A DNA stretch of 64,000 nucleotides from Dictyostelium discoideum (GCA_000004695.1 CM000155.2:1024001-1088000), one strand, 5' to 3'; shown: positions 12,781 to 25,955, counted from the stretch's first letter. Notes: generated by a model from the letters alone, not told the origin. A program made the numbers and translations.

Positions 12781-13445
12781 AGTTGTAGTTGTATTATTAC
12801 TATTATTAATATTATTAACATTATTATTATCATCTTCTTTAAGAATTCCTGATAATTGACATTTAAAACTATTATTAGGTTCTTGAATTTTTGTACCACA
12901 ATCACATCTAAAATTCCTTTTATTAAATAACTCATAAACGTCATGATATAAATGACAATGCATTGAACATCCATAGCAAAATCCAAACTTTTAAAAAAAA
13001 AAAAAAAAATTAGATGATGATGATGATGATGATAATAATAACAATAATTGAATATTAAAATAGTTACTAATTTATCATTTGATAATTGACAAGTTTTACA
13101 AGCAAATACAGATTGATTAATATAACCTTTATCAAAAGTACAAATACTTTCATCACCCCAATCCTCTTGTTCTTGTTCTTTTGCTTCCTCTAATAAATTC
13201 TTTTCCTCTTCTAATTGATCATTCAATGCTTCTTGAATTGATATAATCTCATCATCTTTTCTACTTCTTTTACCTCCAATTATATTTGCTTGTGGTTGTG
13301 AAGTTGTGATAGTTGTAGTTGCGTTTGTGGTAGTTGAAGTTGTTGTTGATGGTGGTGGTGAAGGTGTTACTTCTGATGTTGTAATGATAGATTCAACATT
13401 TGAAGGTTCTTTTGGATTTGTATCTGTCACTTTCTCATTGTCCAT
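11845..13445 (-). CDS. UBR-box + PHD-finger protein (UBR7/Mlo2-like). Exons approx 13445..13069, 12990..12034, 11915..11845.
   Basis: N-terminal exon has UBR-type Cys pattern CTFDKGYINQSVFACKTCQLSNDKL, then donor GTAACT. Exon 2 has CYGCSMHCHLYHDVYELFNKRNFRCDCG and a PHD-like CYCDSPYDYKEDMIQCIFCEDWFHENCL. Donor GTAAGT after ..VITKQ joins a short terminal exon. Confidence 0.65.
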
Positions 13446-15002
13446 TTTTGTATCATTAATCCAAAAAAATAAATAAAAAAAAAAATGGAAAAATAAAAAA
13501 AAAATTAAAAAAAAATGAAAAAAAAAAAAAAAAAAAAAAATTCAAAATTAAAAAATTTCAAGGTGCAAATTAAAAGAATAAAAAATAATAATTAATTAAA
13601 AAGGATGAAAATCAAATTTGGTATGGATAAAAAAGGAAAATCAACATAAAAAAAAATAATAATAATAATAACAATTTTATTTTTTTAATTTGTATTATTT
13701 TTAAGTTATAAATAAAAACAAGAAAAAAAATTTTTTTAATATAAAAATAAATATTAATCTTTTTTTTTTTTTTTAAGTTGTAATCTAGATCGATTTTAAT
13801 ACCGGTAAGATTTTTATTTAGAAATTTTCGAATGGATCTAACTCACAACTTAGAAAAAAAAAAAGAGATAAAAAAAAAAAAAATAATAATAATAAATTTT
13901 ATAAAAAAAAAAAAAAAAAAAAGAGATAAAAAAAAAGAAATTAATTTCTTATTCCCAGTTTTATTTGATTTTTGATTTAAATCAAAAATTAAAAAAATAA
14001 AAAAAAATATCAAAGCATCCTTGTTTTTCAAACCTTTTTTTATTTTTGTTTTTAATTTTTTTTTTTTTTTTTTTTTTTATTTTTTTTTGAATTTTTTTGA
14101 ATTTTTTTTTTTTCACGCAAATTTTTTTTTTTTTTATTTATCAATTTAACCACACAAATAAATAAATAACATAAATAGATATAAAAAAAAAGTAAGATAA
14201 TCAACACCACATTCATTATTTAATTAAAAAACAATGTTATTTTGCTATAAATATAAGATAAATAAATAAAAAAAAAAATAATAATAATAAAATAATAATA
14301 TAAATAATAATTATAAAATAATAATAAAAGAATAATATTACTATTAAAATAATAATTATGTTATGTTAAATAAACTTTTTTTTTTATAAAACTTAAATTT
14401 TTAATAATTTCATCATTATTTTGATATACACAAACATGTGTACCTTTTATTTTTTTTTTATTTTTTTTTTTTTTTAGAAACACGATAGTGTAAACTTTAA
14501 ATAAAAAAAAAAAATTTTATAAAATATTTACAAAAAAACACCCCCACTAAATAAATATAAGAGGCAATTATAATTTAAATCACATGTATGTGAATACCAA
14601 TAATTACAAAGTTTGGGAAAAAAAATAAAATAAATAAAAATAAAAAATAAAATAAAAAAAAAAAAACAATAATAAAAACAACCACCTTTTCTTTTTCTCT
14701 CTTTTGTGTGGTTTTTTTTTTTTTTTATAAAAAATAAATAAATAATAAATAATAATAATAATAAAAATTTATTATTTATAAACACACATTATTCTTTTTT
14801 TTAATTTTATTTTTATTTATTTTTTTTTCTTTTTTTTTTTCTTTTTTTTTTTAATTAATTTTTTCAAAAATAAAAATAATTAAACACACCATATCTTAGT
14901 TTTTAAAATAATATATTACAAAACATGATTAATATTCTAACTAAATTTATTTACAACATTTATTAAATTATAAATCAAATCACAACTTTCATTGTTTCAT
15001 TT

Positions 15003-15036
<34 letters not shown>

Positions 15037-15809
15037 GGTTTTTATATTTTATATTTATCGATAAACCTGCATGGATAATAGTATCGTACATAATAGCAAA
15101 GTAATTCCATTCGACCTCAACTTCTATTAAACAAGAAAAAAAAAAACCAAACCACCAGAGAAAAAAAAAAAAAACCACCAAAAAAAAAAAAAACCCACCA
15201 AAAAAAAAAAAAAACAACTATCAGCACCTTACAATTATACATTCCCCATTTTTTTTTTTTAATTTCAAAAAAAGAATTTAGAACCATAAATTATAGTGTT
15301 TTATTCTTTTATAATCAAATTTTCAACAAAATCAAATTTATAAAGTACTCAGCCTAAAACGTAAGTTTAAAATTATTTCAATCACCAGTAAAAAAATAAA
15401 AAAAACTTATTTTTTTTTTTTGGTCAAAAAGTTTTTTCTGTTTTTTTTTTCATACATTCACACATTCACAAAAAAAAGAAAAAAAAGAAAAAAAAAAAAA
15501 AAAGTTTTTTAGAATTCACAATAATTTTGATTCGATTGTTATGTTAAAACAAATTTCTCAATTTTTTTCATTATTTTAATTTTTTTTTTTTTTTTAAATT
15601 TTTTTTTTTTTCATTTTTAATTAAATACCACGCAAACAAACAACACAAAATTTTTTTTTTTTTTTTATTTCATTTCATTTCATTTTTTTTTTTTTTTTTT
15701 AATTTACACAAACACAAACAAACCAGCAAATAAATAATTAATATATTTTTTTTTATATAAATAATACTTTTACATGGTATAAAAGAGATGTAATTAGGAC
15801 CAGGTAAAA

Positions 15810-16028
15810 ATGACAGGAATTCGAAGCGCACTACCAAATCCAGCCTCATTGGTTGAAAGTTCAACTCACAGATTTCTCATTTTCGATGCACCAAATGATG
15901 ATAATCTACCTTTATATATAAATGAATTAAAAAAATATAACGTCTCTCATTTAGTTAGAGCATGTGATCCAACATATTCAACTGAACCACTTCAAGCAAT
16001 TGGTATCCAAGTGCATGTAAGTTATTAA

Positions 16029-16076
<48 letters not shown>

Positions 16077-16608
16077 TATAGCTTTAGGATTATTATCAGC
16101 AAAAATTTAGCGGAGAAATGAATAAAATTTAGAGAAAAAGAAAAATAAAAAAATTATAAAATAGGGATAAATATTAATTAAAAATTTATTATAACATAAA
16201 ATATAAATAATAGGATATGCCATTTGCAGATGGTGGTTCTCCTCCTGATGCGGTTGTAAATAATTGGATTAAAATACTTGGGGAATCTTACAAGTAAGTT
16301 TTGTATTTTTATTTTTTTTTTTTTTTTTTTTTTTTTTTGTGTAATTTTAGAAATTGGATTTTAACATATTAACTTTTTTTATGAACATAATTAGAAAAGA
16401 TTCAAAAGAAACTATTGGTATTCATTGTGTTGCAGGACTTGGTAGAGCACCAGTTTTAGTGGCAATTGCATTGATTGAGGGTGGAATGAATCCACTTCAA
16501 GCAGTTGAATACATTCGTGAAAGAAGAAGAGGTTCAATTAATATTAAACAAATTCAATATCTTAAAAATTATAAAAGCAAAAAGAAATCTTCATGCAGAA
16601 TCATGTAA
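15810..16608 (+). CDS. PRL-type protein tyrosine phosphatase (PTP4A family) with C-terminal CaaX. Exons approx 15810..16016, 16212..16291, 16395..16608.
   Basis: P-loop HCVAGLGRAPVLVAIALIE (CX5R). WPFDDG-equivalent DMPFADGGSPP. C-terminal polybasic + CRIM prenylation box. Introns GTAAGT..AG, first intron carries (ATT)n. Confidence 0.85.
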
Positions 16609-17340
16609 ACGAATCTTTTATTTTATATATAATTTGAATGTTGAAAATAAATGCAATTTAATTTAAATGTGGAAAAAAAAAAAAAATAAAAAAATAAAAA
16701 AAAACCCAACAAAAATAAAAAAAAAACAGAAATAACGTAAATAAGATAATAAAAAAAATTTATTTTTAACTTTTTTTTAAAAAAAATATGTTATCACCTT
16801 TTCCTTTTATTTTCTTTGTTTTTTTTTTTACCATACATCATCTGTGATTATTTTTTTTTTAATCTTATTTTCTTATTTATTATTTATTTTTTATATTTTT
16901 TATATTTTTTAGTTATTATTTAAATTTTTAAGACACACAAAATATTAATATCATCCAATTCAATTTAGAAATTTCCATCTACCCAACATTATTTTATTTT
17001 TTTTTTTTAACTTTTTTTTTTTTTAATTTTTATTTTTTTTTTTAAATTATTTTTATTTTTTTATTTTTATTATTTTTTTTATTTTATTATTTTTTTATTT
17101 ATTTTATTATTATAATTGGTATTATTATTATTTTTTTTTTTTGGAAATATGGTTTATTTTAAAAAAAGTTAATTAAAATTAAAAAAATTAAAATTTAGGT
17201 AAATAAAAACAGGATATATAATAAATATGGACTTTTCACGAATACAATTATTTTTATTTTTATTTTTTTGTTTTTTTTTTTTTTTTTTAAAAATTTTTTT
17301 TCATTTTTTTTTTTTTTTTTTCAACTTTTTTTAAAAAATT

Positions 17341-17375
<35 letters not shown>

Positions 17376-17750
17376 CCTAAAAATCTAATTAACAGCTTTT
17401 TTTTTAACACCTTTTGTTATATAATAAATATTCATTGTATATAATAACTTTTTTTTTGTTTATTTAATAACAATTTCAAAAAAAAAAAAAAAAAAAAAAG
17501 AAAACATTTTTATTTTTAAAGAGCGAAGCATTAAAAAAAAAAATATAATAGAAAATATCATTTTTTTTTTTTTTTACACATTCAGTCATAATTTTAGTTA
17601 TATAACATAATACATATATATCAGTATTTCAATATATATATATAAAGACTTTAATAGAAATAAAAATTTTAGTTTTTTCAAAACATCAACACACCTTTTC
17701 AAAAGAACAACAACAACAATAACAGTATTTTAAATATAGTTAAAAGAAAA

Positions 17751-18111
17751 ATGTCAACAACAAGAGCAATTCCAGTATCTTTAAAGGATAGATCAGATAT
17801 CGATTTTTCAACATCATTAGGTGGCACTTTATATGGTACTACTCCAGGTGGCACAAAGATTGTTTATGATCGTAATGCCTTATTACAATATCGTAATTCA
17901 CCACTCTCAAAAACTCCACCACCACAATTAGCTCATATTACAAATACTGAATTAAACAAGAAAGTTGAAAAATCCACTACAACTCCAACTACTACAACTC
18001 CACCAACTACCACCGCTAAACCAAAACCAACTAACGACGATGGTAAGTTCATTTCATATTATTATTATTATTATATCTTTTTTTCTAAATTAATGGTTTT
18101 GTGTCATTCGA

Positions 18112-18153
<42 letters not shown>

Positions 18154-18269
18154 TTTTTTTCAATTTTTTTCAATTTTCTTTCCCTGGGCAACTAACTTTT
18201 TTTTTTATTATTTAAAAAAAATATTTAACTTGATTTTAAAAACCCATAGATATTTTCCCCATGGAATAA
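17751..18269 (+). CDS. febA: eIF4E-binding protein (4E-BP) homolog. Exon 1 17751..18042 (donor G|GTAAGT), putative 20-nt terminal exon 18250..18269.
   Basis: N-terminal RAIP motif (MSTTRAIPV). TPGGT phospho-site. Canonical eIF4E-binding motif YDRNALL(Q). RNSPLSKTPP matching the 4E-BP1 S65/T70 region. Exon 2 is the first AG downstream and gives C-terminus ..DDGDIFPME*. Confidence 0.75.
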
Positions 18270-18307
18270 GGGGGGAAAAAAAAAAAAAAAAAGTAGTATT
18301 GTATAAA

Positions 18308-18354
<47 letters not shown>

Positions 18355-18473
18355 AATAAATAAATAAATAATACAAACAGACAATACAATGTAAATAATT
18401 AGTGTTATTATAATATTTTTAATAATAATAATAATAATAATACTAATATAATAATAATAAATAATAATAATAA

Positions 18474-18525
<52 letters not shown>

Positions 18526-18818
18526 TTATAATAATAAATAGTAACAATAGCATTGATACGATAAAATTATTTTCATCTTTATTTTTTTTATTTATTTTCT
18601 ATTTATTCTATTTCTTTTTTTTTGAGTTTCTCCCAAGTCTATTGATTTTCCAAACCTATTAGGTTTTTGTTTTTTTTTTTTTTTAATAAAATTATTTACA
18701 GTTCTTTATTATCAACTAATAACCTTTTTAGTTTTTTTTTTTAAGGTTACCTTTATTTAGTTTTTTTTTCCGCCCACATTTTTACGGATTTTAAATTTTT
18801 TTTTTATTGATATTGATT

Positions 18819-19688
18819 AATCAGTGTTTATCCATTAAAGGAAATAGGCGATAATTAATTTTTATTTTTGAATTTTAAAATATAGTGTTGACATTATTAT
18901 ATATTTTTTTTTTTTTTTTTTTTTTTAAACATATCTCCAGTTTTAAATATGTTGATATTTAAAATTAAATAAATTAAAGAAATAAATCAAATAATAAAAT
19001 CGTAATTGGTTAGACCAAATGGTCAAAGGAGACTCTAAATACTCGGTAGATAGTTATCATATCTTTGGACTTATCGAGTACAAAAACCATGATGGCATGA
19101 AATCATAAAAATCCAGACCACCTGATGCAGACTTCTCCATCAGAAAGGCGACCAATTTCATGGTAGTAAAGACGAAATCAAAAGCAATGAATCAAAAATA
19201 AACAAACAAGGAGACAACAAGAAAAAGACCGACAGGCAACCTGACATCTGTTCCAAAGACACCTAATCTAACGCTGATGGTAGTACATCAAATGCAAAGG
19301 ATAAGAACGAGGAATAAAATAAACCCGATTAGCCAAAACAAAAAACAAAAAAATAAAATATCAACTTCAAAAAAATCTAAACCACAACAAACCAAATCAA
19401 ATGTGGACAGCGGATCCACATACAATCCAGATACTTCAAACAAAGACAACATTAATAAATCTAAAGCAACTTCAGAGGTATAAACCACAACTAAGGACAC
19501 TCTAACTGCGGTCACAGAAAAAAACAAAAGGAAAAAGCTCCAACTCAATCGCCTGCATACAACGATCCGATCTCACTGGTGACTGATAAGATTTGTTCTC
19601 GTTTTTGGTCAAGGTTGGGTCAGAGTGAAGATTGTTCTTGCTTACACATATATATATATAATCAATGTTTATCCATTAAAGGAAATAT
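18819..19688. repeat. Roughly 840-bp island flanked by 27-bp direct repeats. The inner 19000..19650 part is about 40% GC. Possible transposon remnant.
   Basis: aatca(g/a)tgtttatccattaaaggaaata occurs at 18819..18846 and 19661..19688 (1 mismatch). Inner 19000..19650 composition, with few homopolymers, is unlike the surrounding intergenic DNA. Confidence 0.3.
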
Positions 19689-20118
19689 ACATACGTTTCT
19701 ATATGGGAGGGTTTTGGATATGTAATATTTTACACATTTACATACACATTTAAAGTGTTCTTTGTGAATATAAGAATAGGTGTAATTCTGTTAAAAAATC
19801 TATTGTTTTTGTATCTAGTTCTTTGTTGACACCAATGTGTTCCATGATCTGTTTCAATGAATATTAGGGTTTTCAATTTGCTCGGTTTATAAATTCTAGT
19901 GTTTTCTTACAATTAAAGAAGGATGGACATAATCATCATTCCTTGCAAAGAGTGCAATGTTTATAATGGAGATAGTTTAATGGTAAGCATCTTGGGTGAA
20001 TCTAAACATTGTGTCTTTTGATTTTTGGATCTTTTTCGAACAATCCTTTAAAATATTTTATCAAATACAGAGCCTCCGAACATAGATGACAACAATAAAT
20101 CTAAAAAAACATCTTTCA

Positions 20119-20140
20119 TTTTAAACGGGAATCGAACATG
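20119..20140 (-). pseudogene. Isolated tRNA T-arm-like fragment (..GTTCGATTCCCG..) about 180 bp beyond the cofilin stop.
   Basis: Minus strand reads CGCATGTTCGATTCCCGTTTAAA with the canonical GTTCGATTCC T-loop box. No acceptor or anticodon arms are recognisable. Confidence 0.25.
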
Positions 20141-20287
20141 CGATTTATTCGGTTTTTATTCTTTTTTTTTAGAAAATACAGATTATTTTATTAAATTATA
20201 TGTATGAGGATTTTTTTTTTTGAATTGGTATTATATGTATGAGGAGATTTATTACTATTTATAAATATTGAATTCGTTCCTCGGGAG

Positions 20288-20319
<32 letters not shown>

Positions 20320-20326
20320 AAATTAT

Positions 20327-20740
20327 TTAGATTTTGGTACATTTTTCATAGAAACATGAATCTTTGACTTCAGAGGCATCGGTACCTTGGATTTCAACTT
20401 GGATACCAACACAGGCTTTACGTAAAGAGTCTTTTGATGAGGTGGCCATCATTTTCTTTTTAATGTTGGCGGTATCTGGGCACCAGGCAACAAAACAGAT
20501 TTTGCTCTTTTGGGCACCTTCTTCTTTGTATTGATAGTCGAGGACAACGTATCTACATTCGTTTTCTGGGAGACATTTGGTGAATTCATCGAATGAACAA
20601 CCAGCTGGTAAGGTGGAGTCAACAATGATTTCTTTTGAATCGTCAGAGATTCTGTAGATGATACCACCATATTTACGACCTAACTTTAAATCGTTGAAGG
20701 TTGAAACGCAGTTTGGAGCTAAAGCAATACCTGAAGACAT
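20327..20740 (-). CDS. cofA/cofB: Cofilin (actin depolymerising factor), 137 aa, intronless here.
   Basis: ORF MSSGIALAPNCVSTFNDLKLGRKYGGIIYRISDDSKEIIVDSTLPAGCSFDEFTKCLPENECRYVVLDYQYKEEGAQKSKICFVAWCPDTANIKKKMMATSSKDSLRKACVGIQVEIQGTDASEVKDSCFYEKCTKI matches D. discoideum cofilin-1 as I remember it. cofA and cofB encode identical proteins. Confidence 0.93.
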   Translation of the reverse strand: MSSGIALAPNCVSTFNDLKLGRKYGGIIYRISDDSKEIIVDSTLPAGCSFDEFTKCLPENECRYVVLDYQYKEEGAQKSKICFVAWCPDTANIKKKMMATSSKDSLRKACVGIQVEIQGTDASEVKDSCFYEKCTKI

Positions 20741-20808
20741 TTTTTATATATAGTTTTTTATTTAGTTGAGTAAGTTCGGTTTTTATTCGGTTTTTATTCA
20801 AAAAACAT

Positions 20809-20891
20809 TGCAAGAGGCGAGATTCGAACTCGCGAACCGAATGGATGAGATCTTAAGTCACACGGATTTAACCAGACTTTCCTACCCTTGC
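20809..20891 (-). tRNA. tRNA-Leu (anticodon UAA), type II with long variable arm.
   Basis: Minus-strand read GCAAGGG..GGAAAGTCTGGTTAAATCC..TGTGA CTTAAGA TCTCA..TCCATTCGGTTC..GCGAG TTCGAAT CTCGC CTCTTGC A. 7-bp acceptor stem with one G-U pair, T-loop TTCGAAT, anticodon loop CU-UAA-GA. Confidence 0.8.
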
Positions 20892-21924
20892 TTTGATGAA
20901 AATAAAAATTTATAGCCAAATAATTATGGATATAAAATTTGCTAAAATATTGAGGGTTATTTTTTTTTTAATAAATTTTTAATAAAAAATAAAGACCATA
21001 GTATTCTGGAATTTTATCATCTAAAAAATTCCTAATAATAGATTATTCAAAAAAATAAACCTTCAATTTTTTATTTTAAAAACAAAACATTATACACTCT
21101 TTTTTTATTAAAAATAAAAAACATGAAAAAAAAAAGAGGATAGTTCTTTAAATAAACCTTTTATTTTTTTTATTAGAAAAAAAAAAAAAAAAAAAAAAAA
21201 AAATAGGTTCTCAACATCCATTTTTTTTTTATATTTTTTTATATCATTTTGTGTATTTTTGAATGTTAAATTTATTTATACTAAATCAATATTAAAAATA
21301 AATAAAAATAAACGGAATTAATTTCTAAACGAAAAAAAATATTATGTATTATTTTTAATTTTTTTTTTTTTTTTTTTTTATCATTTCACAAAGGATAATA
21401 ATATTCTTTTTTATTTTTTTATTTAAAAATTCTTTTATTGTTATTATAATTAAATATTATTAGTAATGATAAACAAAGAAATCGAAAATAAATTAATTAA
21501 AAAAATAACAATTATTAATTTGTGGCCATTTCAAAATACTGGGCTCAAGCCGTTAATATACCTATTTTTTTTTCCTTTTTAACTAATATATAAAAAAAAA
21601 AAAAAAAAAAAAATTAAAAAATAATATTTTCATCGAAAATCGTTTGTAAAATGAAAAAAATCTAATCGATCACCCCACTTTTGGAATGAAACTTTATTTT
21701 AATATTAATAAAAAAATTTTTTTTTTTTTTTTTCAAAAGATATTTTTCAAAAAATTTTTTTAAAACTTTTTTTTAGAATACACAGAATGGTGATTAATTT
21801 TCAAATCAAAAAAAAAAAAAAAATTAAAACCCTATAAAAACAATTTTTATTTTTTATTTTCAGTTTAAAAATTTAAAACATTGTATAATAAATTAAATAA
21901 TTTAATTTTTATAAATAATAATAA

Positions 21925-22058
<134 letters not shown>

Positions 22059-22108
22059 ATAATTAAAATAATAATTAAAATAATTAAATTAATATAAATA
22101 ATAAAAAG

Positions 22109-24990
22109 ATGAATTTTATTAAAAAAGTAATTGGTGGTGGTAGTAGTAAAAGTAAAACCGATATTAAAATTGAAGATGAACAACATGAACAACAACATGA
22201 ACAACAACATGAAAAACAACAAATTCCAGATAAAATATCAACAAGTAAAGTAAATTCACCATGTGTTCCACCAACTTGTACATACATTTCAAAAGAAAAT
22301 GTTAGATCAGATTTATCATTAATTAAAGATTTCAATTCAGCCTATTACTATAACTATTATAGAACATTGGAAAAGAATTCCACTAATTTATTAACAAGTC
22401 CAGGTTTAAATACTAAAGTTGTTAGTAACCAATTTACATTAAAAGAATTTAATATTGTTTCAGAGATGACAGATTCATGCATTGTTTCAGTATGGACTCA
22501 GAAATACTCTAATCTATCATTGACACCAGTTGAGGCAGTCTATCAAATCCCATTAGCACCATATGCTACAGTTTCAGATTTTTCTGTAATCTTGAAGGAT
22601 AAAGTATTAAAAGGCAAAATCAAGGAGAACGAAAAGGCCAAAGAGAAATACAACGATGCCATCGCAAGTGGCGGCCAAGCATTCCTTGCTGAAAAAGTTG
22701 AAGGTTTCTTTAAATTACAAATTGGTAATTTACCACCACAAGAAGATGTAACTGTAAATATCACAATTACCTCTGAAATCGGTACACATTTAGAATCATT
22801 ACATTTCTGTTTACATAGATTCATTTTCCCAAAAAGTGCATTCAAATTCAATTATACATTGAATGCATCCCTTTCAACTCCAATCGAAACCATTGAAATG
22901 GATCATTTCCAACCAACCATAACCTACAAAGATGAATCAAAAACAAATGCAACCGTTACAATTTCAACAGAAAATGGTGTTTCAAATAATATCATTGCAA
23001 TTATTGTTCCAAAATATTCTGAAAAACCTGAATCTTTTATTGAATATTCACCAATTGATAAATCATATGCTCTTGCTATTAACTTTTATCCAAAATTCAG
23101 TGTTGGTCTTGATGAAGTTGATCAAAAATCTGAATTTATTTTCGTATTAGATTGTTCAGGTTCAATGTCTGGTAAACCAATTGAAAAATCAAAAATGTAA
23201 TTATTATTATTATTAAAAATATAAATATATCAATTTTAAATTAATTATTAATATTTTTAAATTTTTATTTTTTTTATAGGGCATTAGAAATTTGTATGAG
23301 AAGTTTAAATGAAAATTCTAAATTTAATATTGTTTGCTTTGGTAGTAATTTTAATAAATTATTTGAAACTTCAAAACATTATAATGATGAAACATTACAA
23401 AAAGCAAGTGAATATATTAATAGAATTGATGCAAATTTAGGTGGTACAGAATTATTAGAACCAATTGTTGACATTTTATCAAAAGAAAGTGATCCAGAAT
23501 TCCCAAGACAAGTTTTCATTTTAACTGATGGTGAAATTTCAAATAGAGATAAATTAATTGATTATGTTGGAAAGGAAGCAAATACAACTCGTATCTTTAC
23601 CTATGGTATTGGTTCTTATGTTGATAAAGAGCTTATTGTTGGTGTTTCAAAAGCATGTAAAGGTTATTATGAAATGATTGTTGATAACTCTGATATGGAA
23701 GAAAAAGTTATGAAATTAATTAGTATTGCAATGCAACCAACTCTATCAAATATTAAAGTTGATTGGGGTGTTCTTTCAAATGTAGTTCAATCACCTGCTC
23801 AAATTAGACCATTATTCAATCAAGAAAGAATGATGATTTATGCAACCCTTGATAAAGAGCCAACTGAAAAACAAGTAACTGTCATTCTAAGTGGTAATGG
23901 TCCATTGTCTGAAAGAATTTCATTCCCAGTGGATTTGGATTTCAGTAAAGCAAATCAATCAACTAGTCATATTCATACTTTATCAGCTTTCAAACATATT
24001 CAAGATCTTGAAGAAAGTGAAAGAAAAGAAAAGAAGGATAATAAAGATAAAATCGTTAAATTGGGTAAGAGATTTGGTTTAGTTTCAAAACATACCTCTT
24101 ATATTGTCACTGCTGATTCTGATAAAGTAACTGAAGAAACAATGAAAACTGTTCAAGTTTTAGAACCAACTCAACAAATCAATACCAGTCCTGGTAGTGG
24201 TAGTGGTTTTATTCCAACAACAAGAGTTCAAGGATCATCATCAGTTTTCCCATCCTCACCAACACCTTTGTCAGGCCCATCACCATACACAGTCTGTGCA
24301 CCACCACCACCACCACCAACATCATCACCATACACAAACTGTGCACCACCTCCACCACAATTTTCCAGATGTATTGCACCACAACCATATCAAAGTGCAC
24401 CAGCACCACCAGCACCACCAGCACCATCAAGACTTTCTCAAGCACAATCACAAATGGATTATTGTGATCAAGAATTATTATGTGAAAGTTTAGAGGGTGA
24501 TTTATTAGTTGAAGAAGAGGAGCTAGAATGTAAGGAAATAGAATGTTCACCACCACAAAAATTAAGTTATATTACACCATTTGCACCAACATCACAAATT
24601 AGTCAATCATCAAGAGAATGTAGATCTAAAAAATCCTCTTCTCCAACAATACAAAAATCATCATCATTACCATCAAGACCATCAACATCATCTTCATCAT
24701 TAATTGAAATTATTCGTCAACAAAAAGCAAATGGTTCATTCACAAAATCATCAGTTTCAAGCTTTATTAATGTTGATACACCACCACCATCATCAGATAT
24801 TCCAGAAGATGTTTGGACAACTCTTTTAATCATTGCAAACTTTATCTTAAACTTTGATTCACAAAAGAGTCAATGGGAATTAGTTTCACAAAAAGCTACT
24901 AAATTTGTTAAACAACAAATTATTAAATCTTCAATCGCTTCAACTTTTGAAACCCTTTTAGAATCTGCTAAAAAATCAATTTCAAATTAA
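22109..24990 (+). CDS. VIT + vWA domain protein, paralog of 3245..6001. Two exons approx 22109..23196 and 23280..24990, about 932 aa.
   Basis: VIT signature KGKIKENEKAKEKYNDAIASGGQAF. vWA MIDAS FVLDCSGSMSG. Intron GTAATT..TTTATAG (83 nt) falls exactly where paralog 1 is uninterrupted (..SKM|ALEICMRSLNE vs ..RRAMEIIIRSLNE). C-terminal blocks IQDLEESERKEKKDNKDKIV.LGK..GLVSKHTSYIVTADSD.VTEETMKTV and ANGS.TKSS are near-identical to paralog 1. Confidence 0.85.
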
Positions 24991-25057
24991 AAAAAATAAA
25001 ATAGAATTAAAAAATGTATTAAAAAAACAAATTTGTTTTATTTATTTATTTATTTAT

Positions 25058-25867
25058 TTAATAATATTTTGACATTAAATGACGATTATGAGATTCATTT
25101 AACCATTGTAAATCTGGACCAATTGGAACTATTTTTAAAGGATTTACATTTTCAAAAAATGTAAATAACCAATATTTTATATGATGAAAATTAATAGTTG
25201 AATTAATTTCTTTAATTTGATAAAGTTCACGAACATAATTTGATAACATTGGATATTCTTTAATTTGTTTTTTATTACATTTAAATAATTGTAAATAGGC
25301 AGCATCGAATCTAATTAGAGTTGAAAATAATTTTATATCAGATTCTGTGATTTTGTCACTACCAACTACTAAATATCTATCCCTTTTTAATGTATCTTCA
25401 ATTCTATCCAATGCATTGAAAAGTATGTTAAACTTGTCTGTGTACTCTTGTTGAGTATTTGCTAAACCACATTTATAAACACCAAGATTAATAGTTGGTA
25501 ATATGAATTCATTTATTTCATTTATACTATCTTGATATTCCATTGGGTATAAATCATAGTAATCCTTATCTCCTGGTTTTTTATTTGAAAATTCATTAAA
25601 TTCTTTATTTAACATTCTCATAATCTCTGAAGAATCATTATTTACAATGACATTGGTTTTCTTATCAAATAAAATTGGTAATGTTATTTTTCCATTATAA
25701 TTCTTATCATTTAATTGATAAATCTCTTTTACACTTTTAAAATTATTAACTTTATCAATTGTACATCCTTCAGTTGTCTTTGTAAATGCCCATCCAATTG
25801 ATTTATCAACAATATAATCTGCAACTGAATTATCTATACAATTATTTAATCCTTTTAATCTATTATA

Positions 25868-25899
<32 letters not shown>

Positions 25900-25909
25900 A
25901 CATCTTATA

Positions 25910-25955
<46 letters not shown>

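Noticed and set aside
22543-23150. ORFs 22543..22851 (-) and 22932..23150 (+)
   Set aside because: Embedded in or antisense to VIT-vWA paralog 2 exon 1. No supporting features.
24197-24556. His-rich plus and minus ORFs inside VIT-vWA paralog 2
   Set aside because: Alternative frames of the Pro/Ala-rich (CCA/CAC) region. The main frame has the conserved domains.
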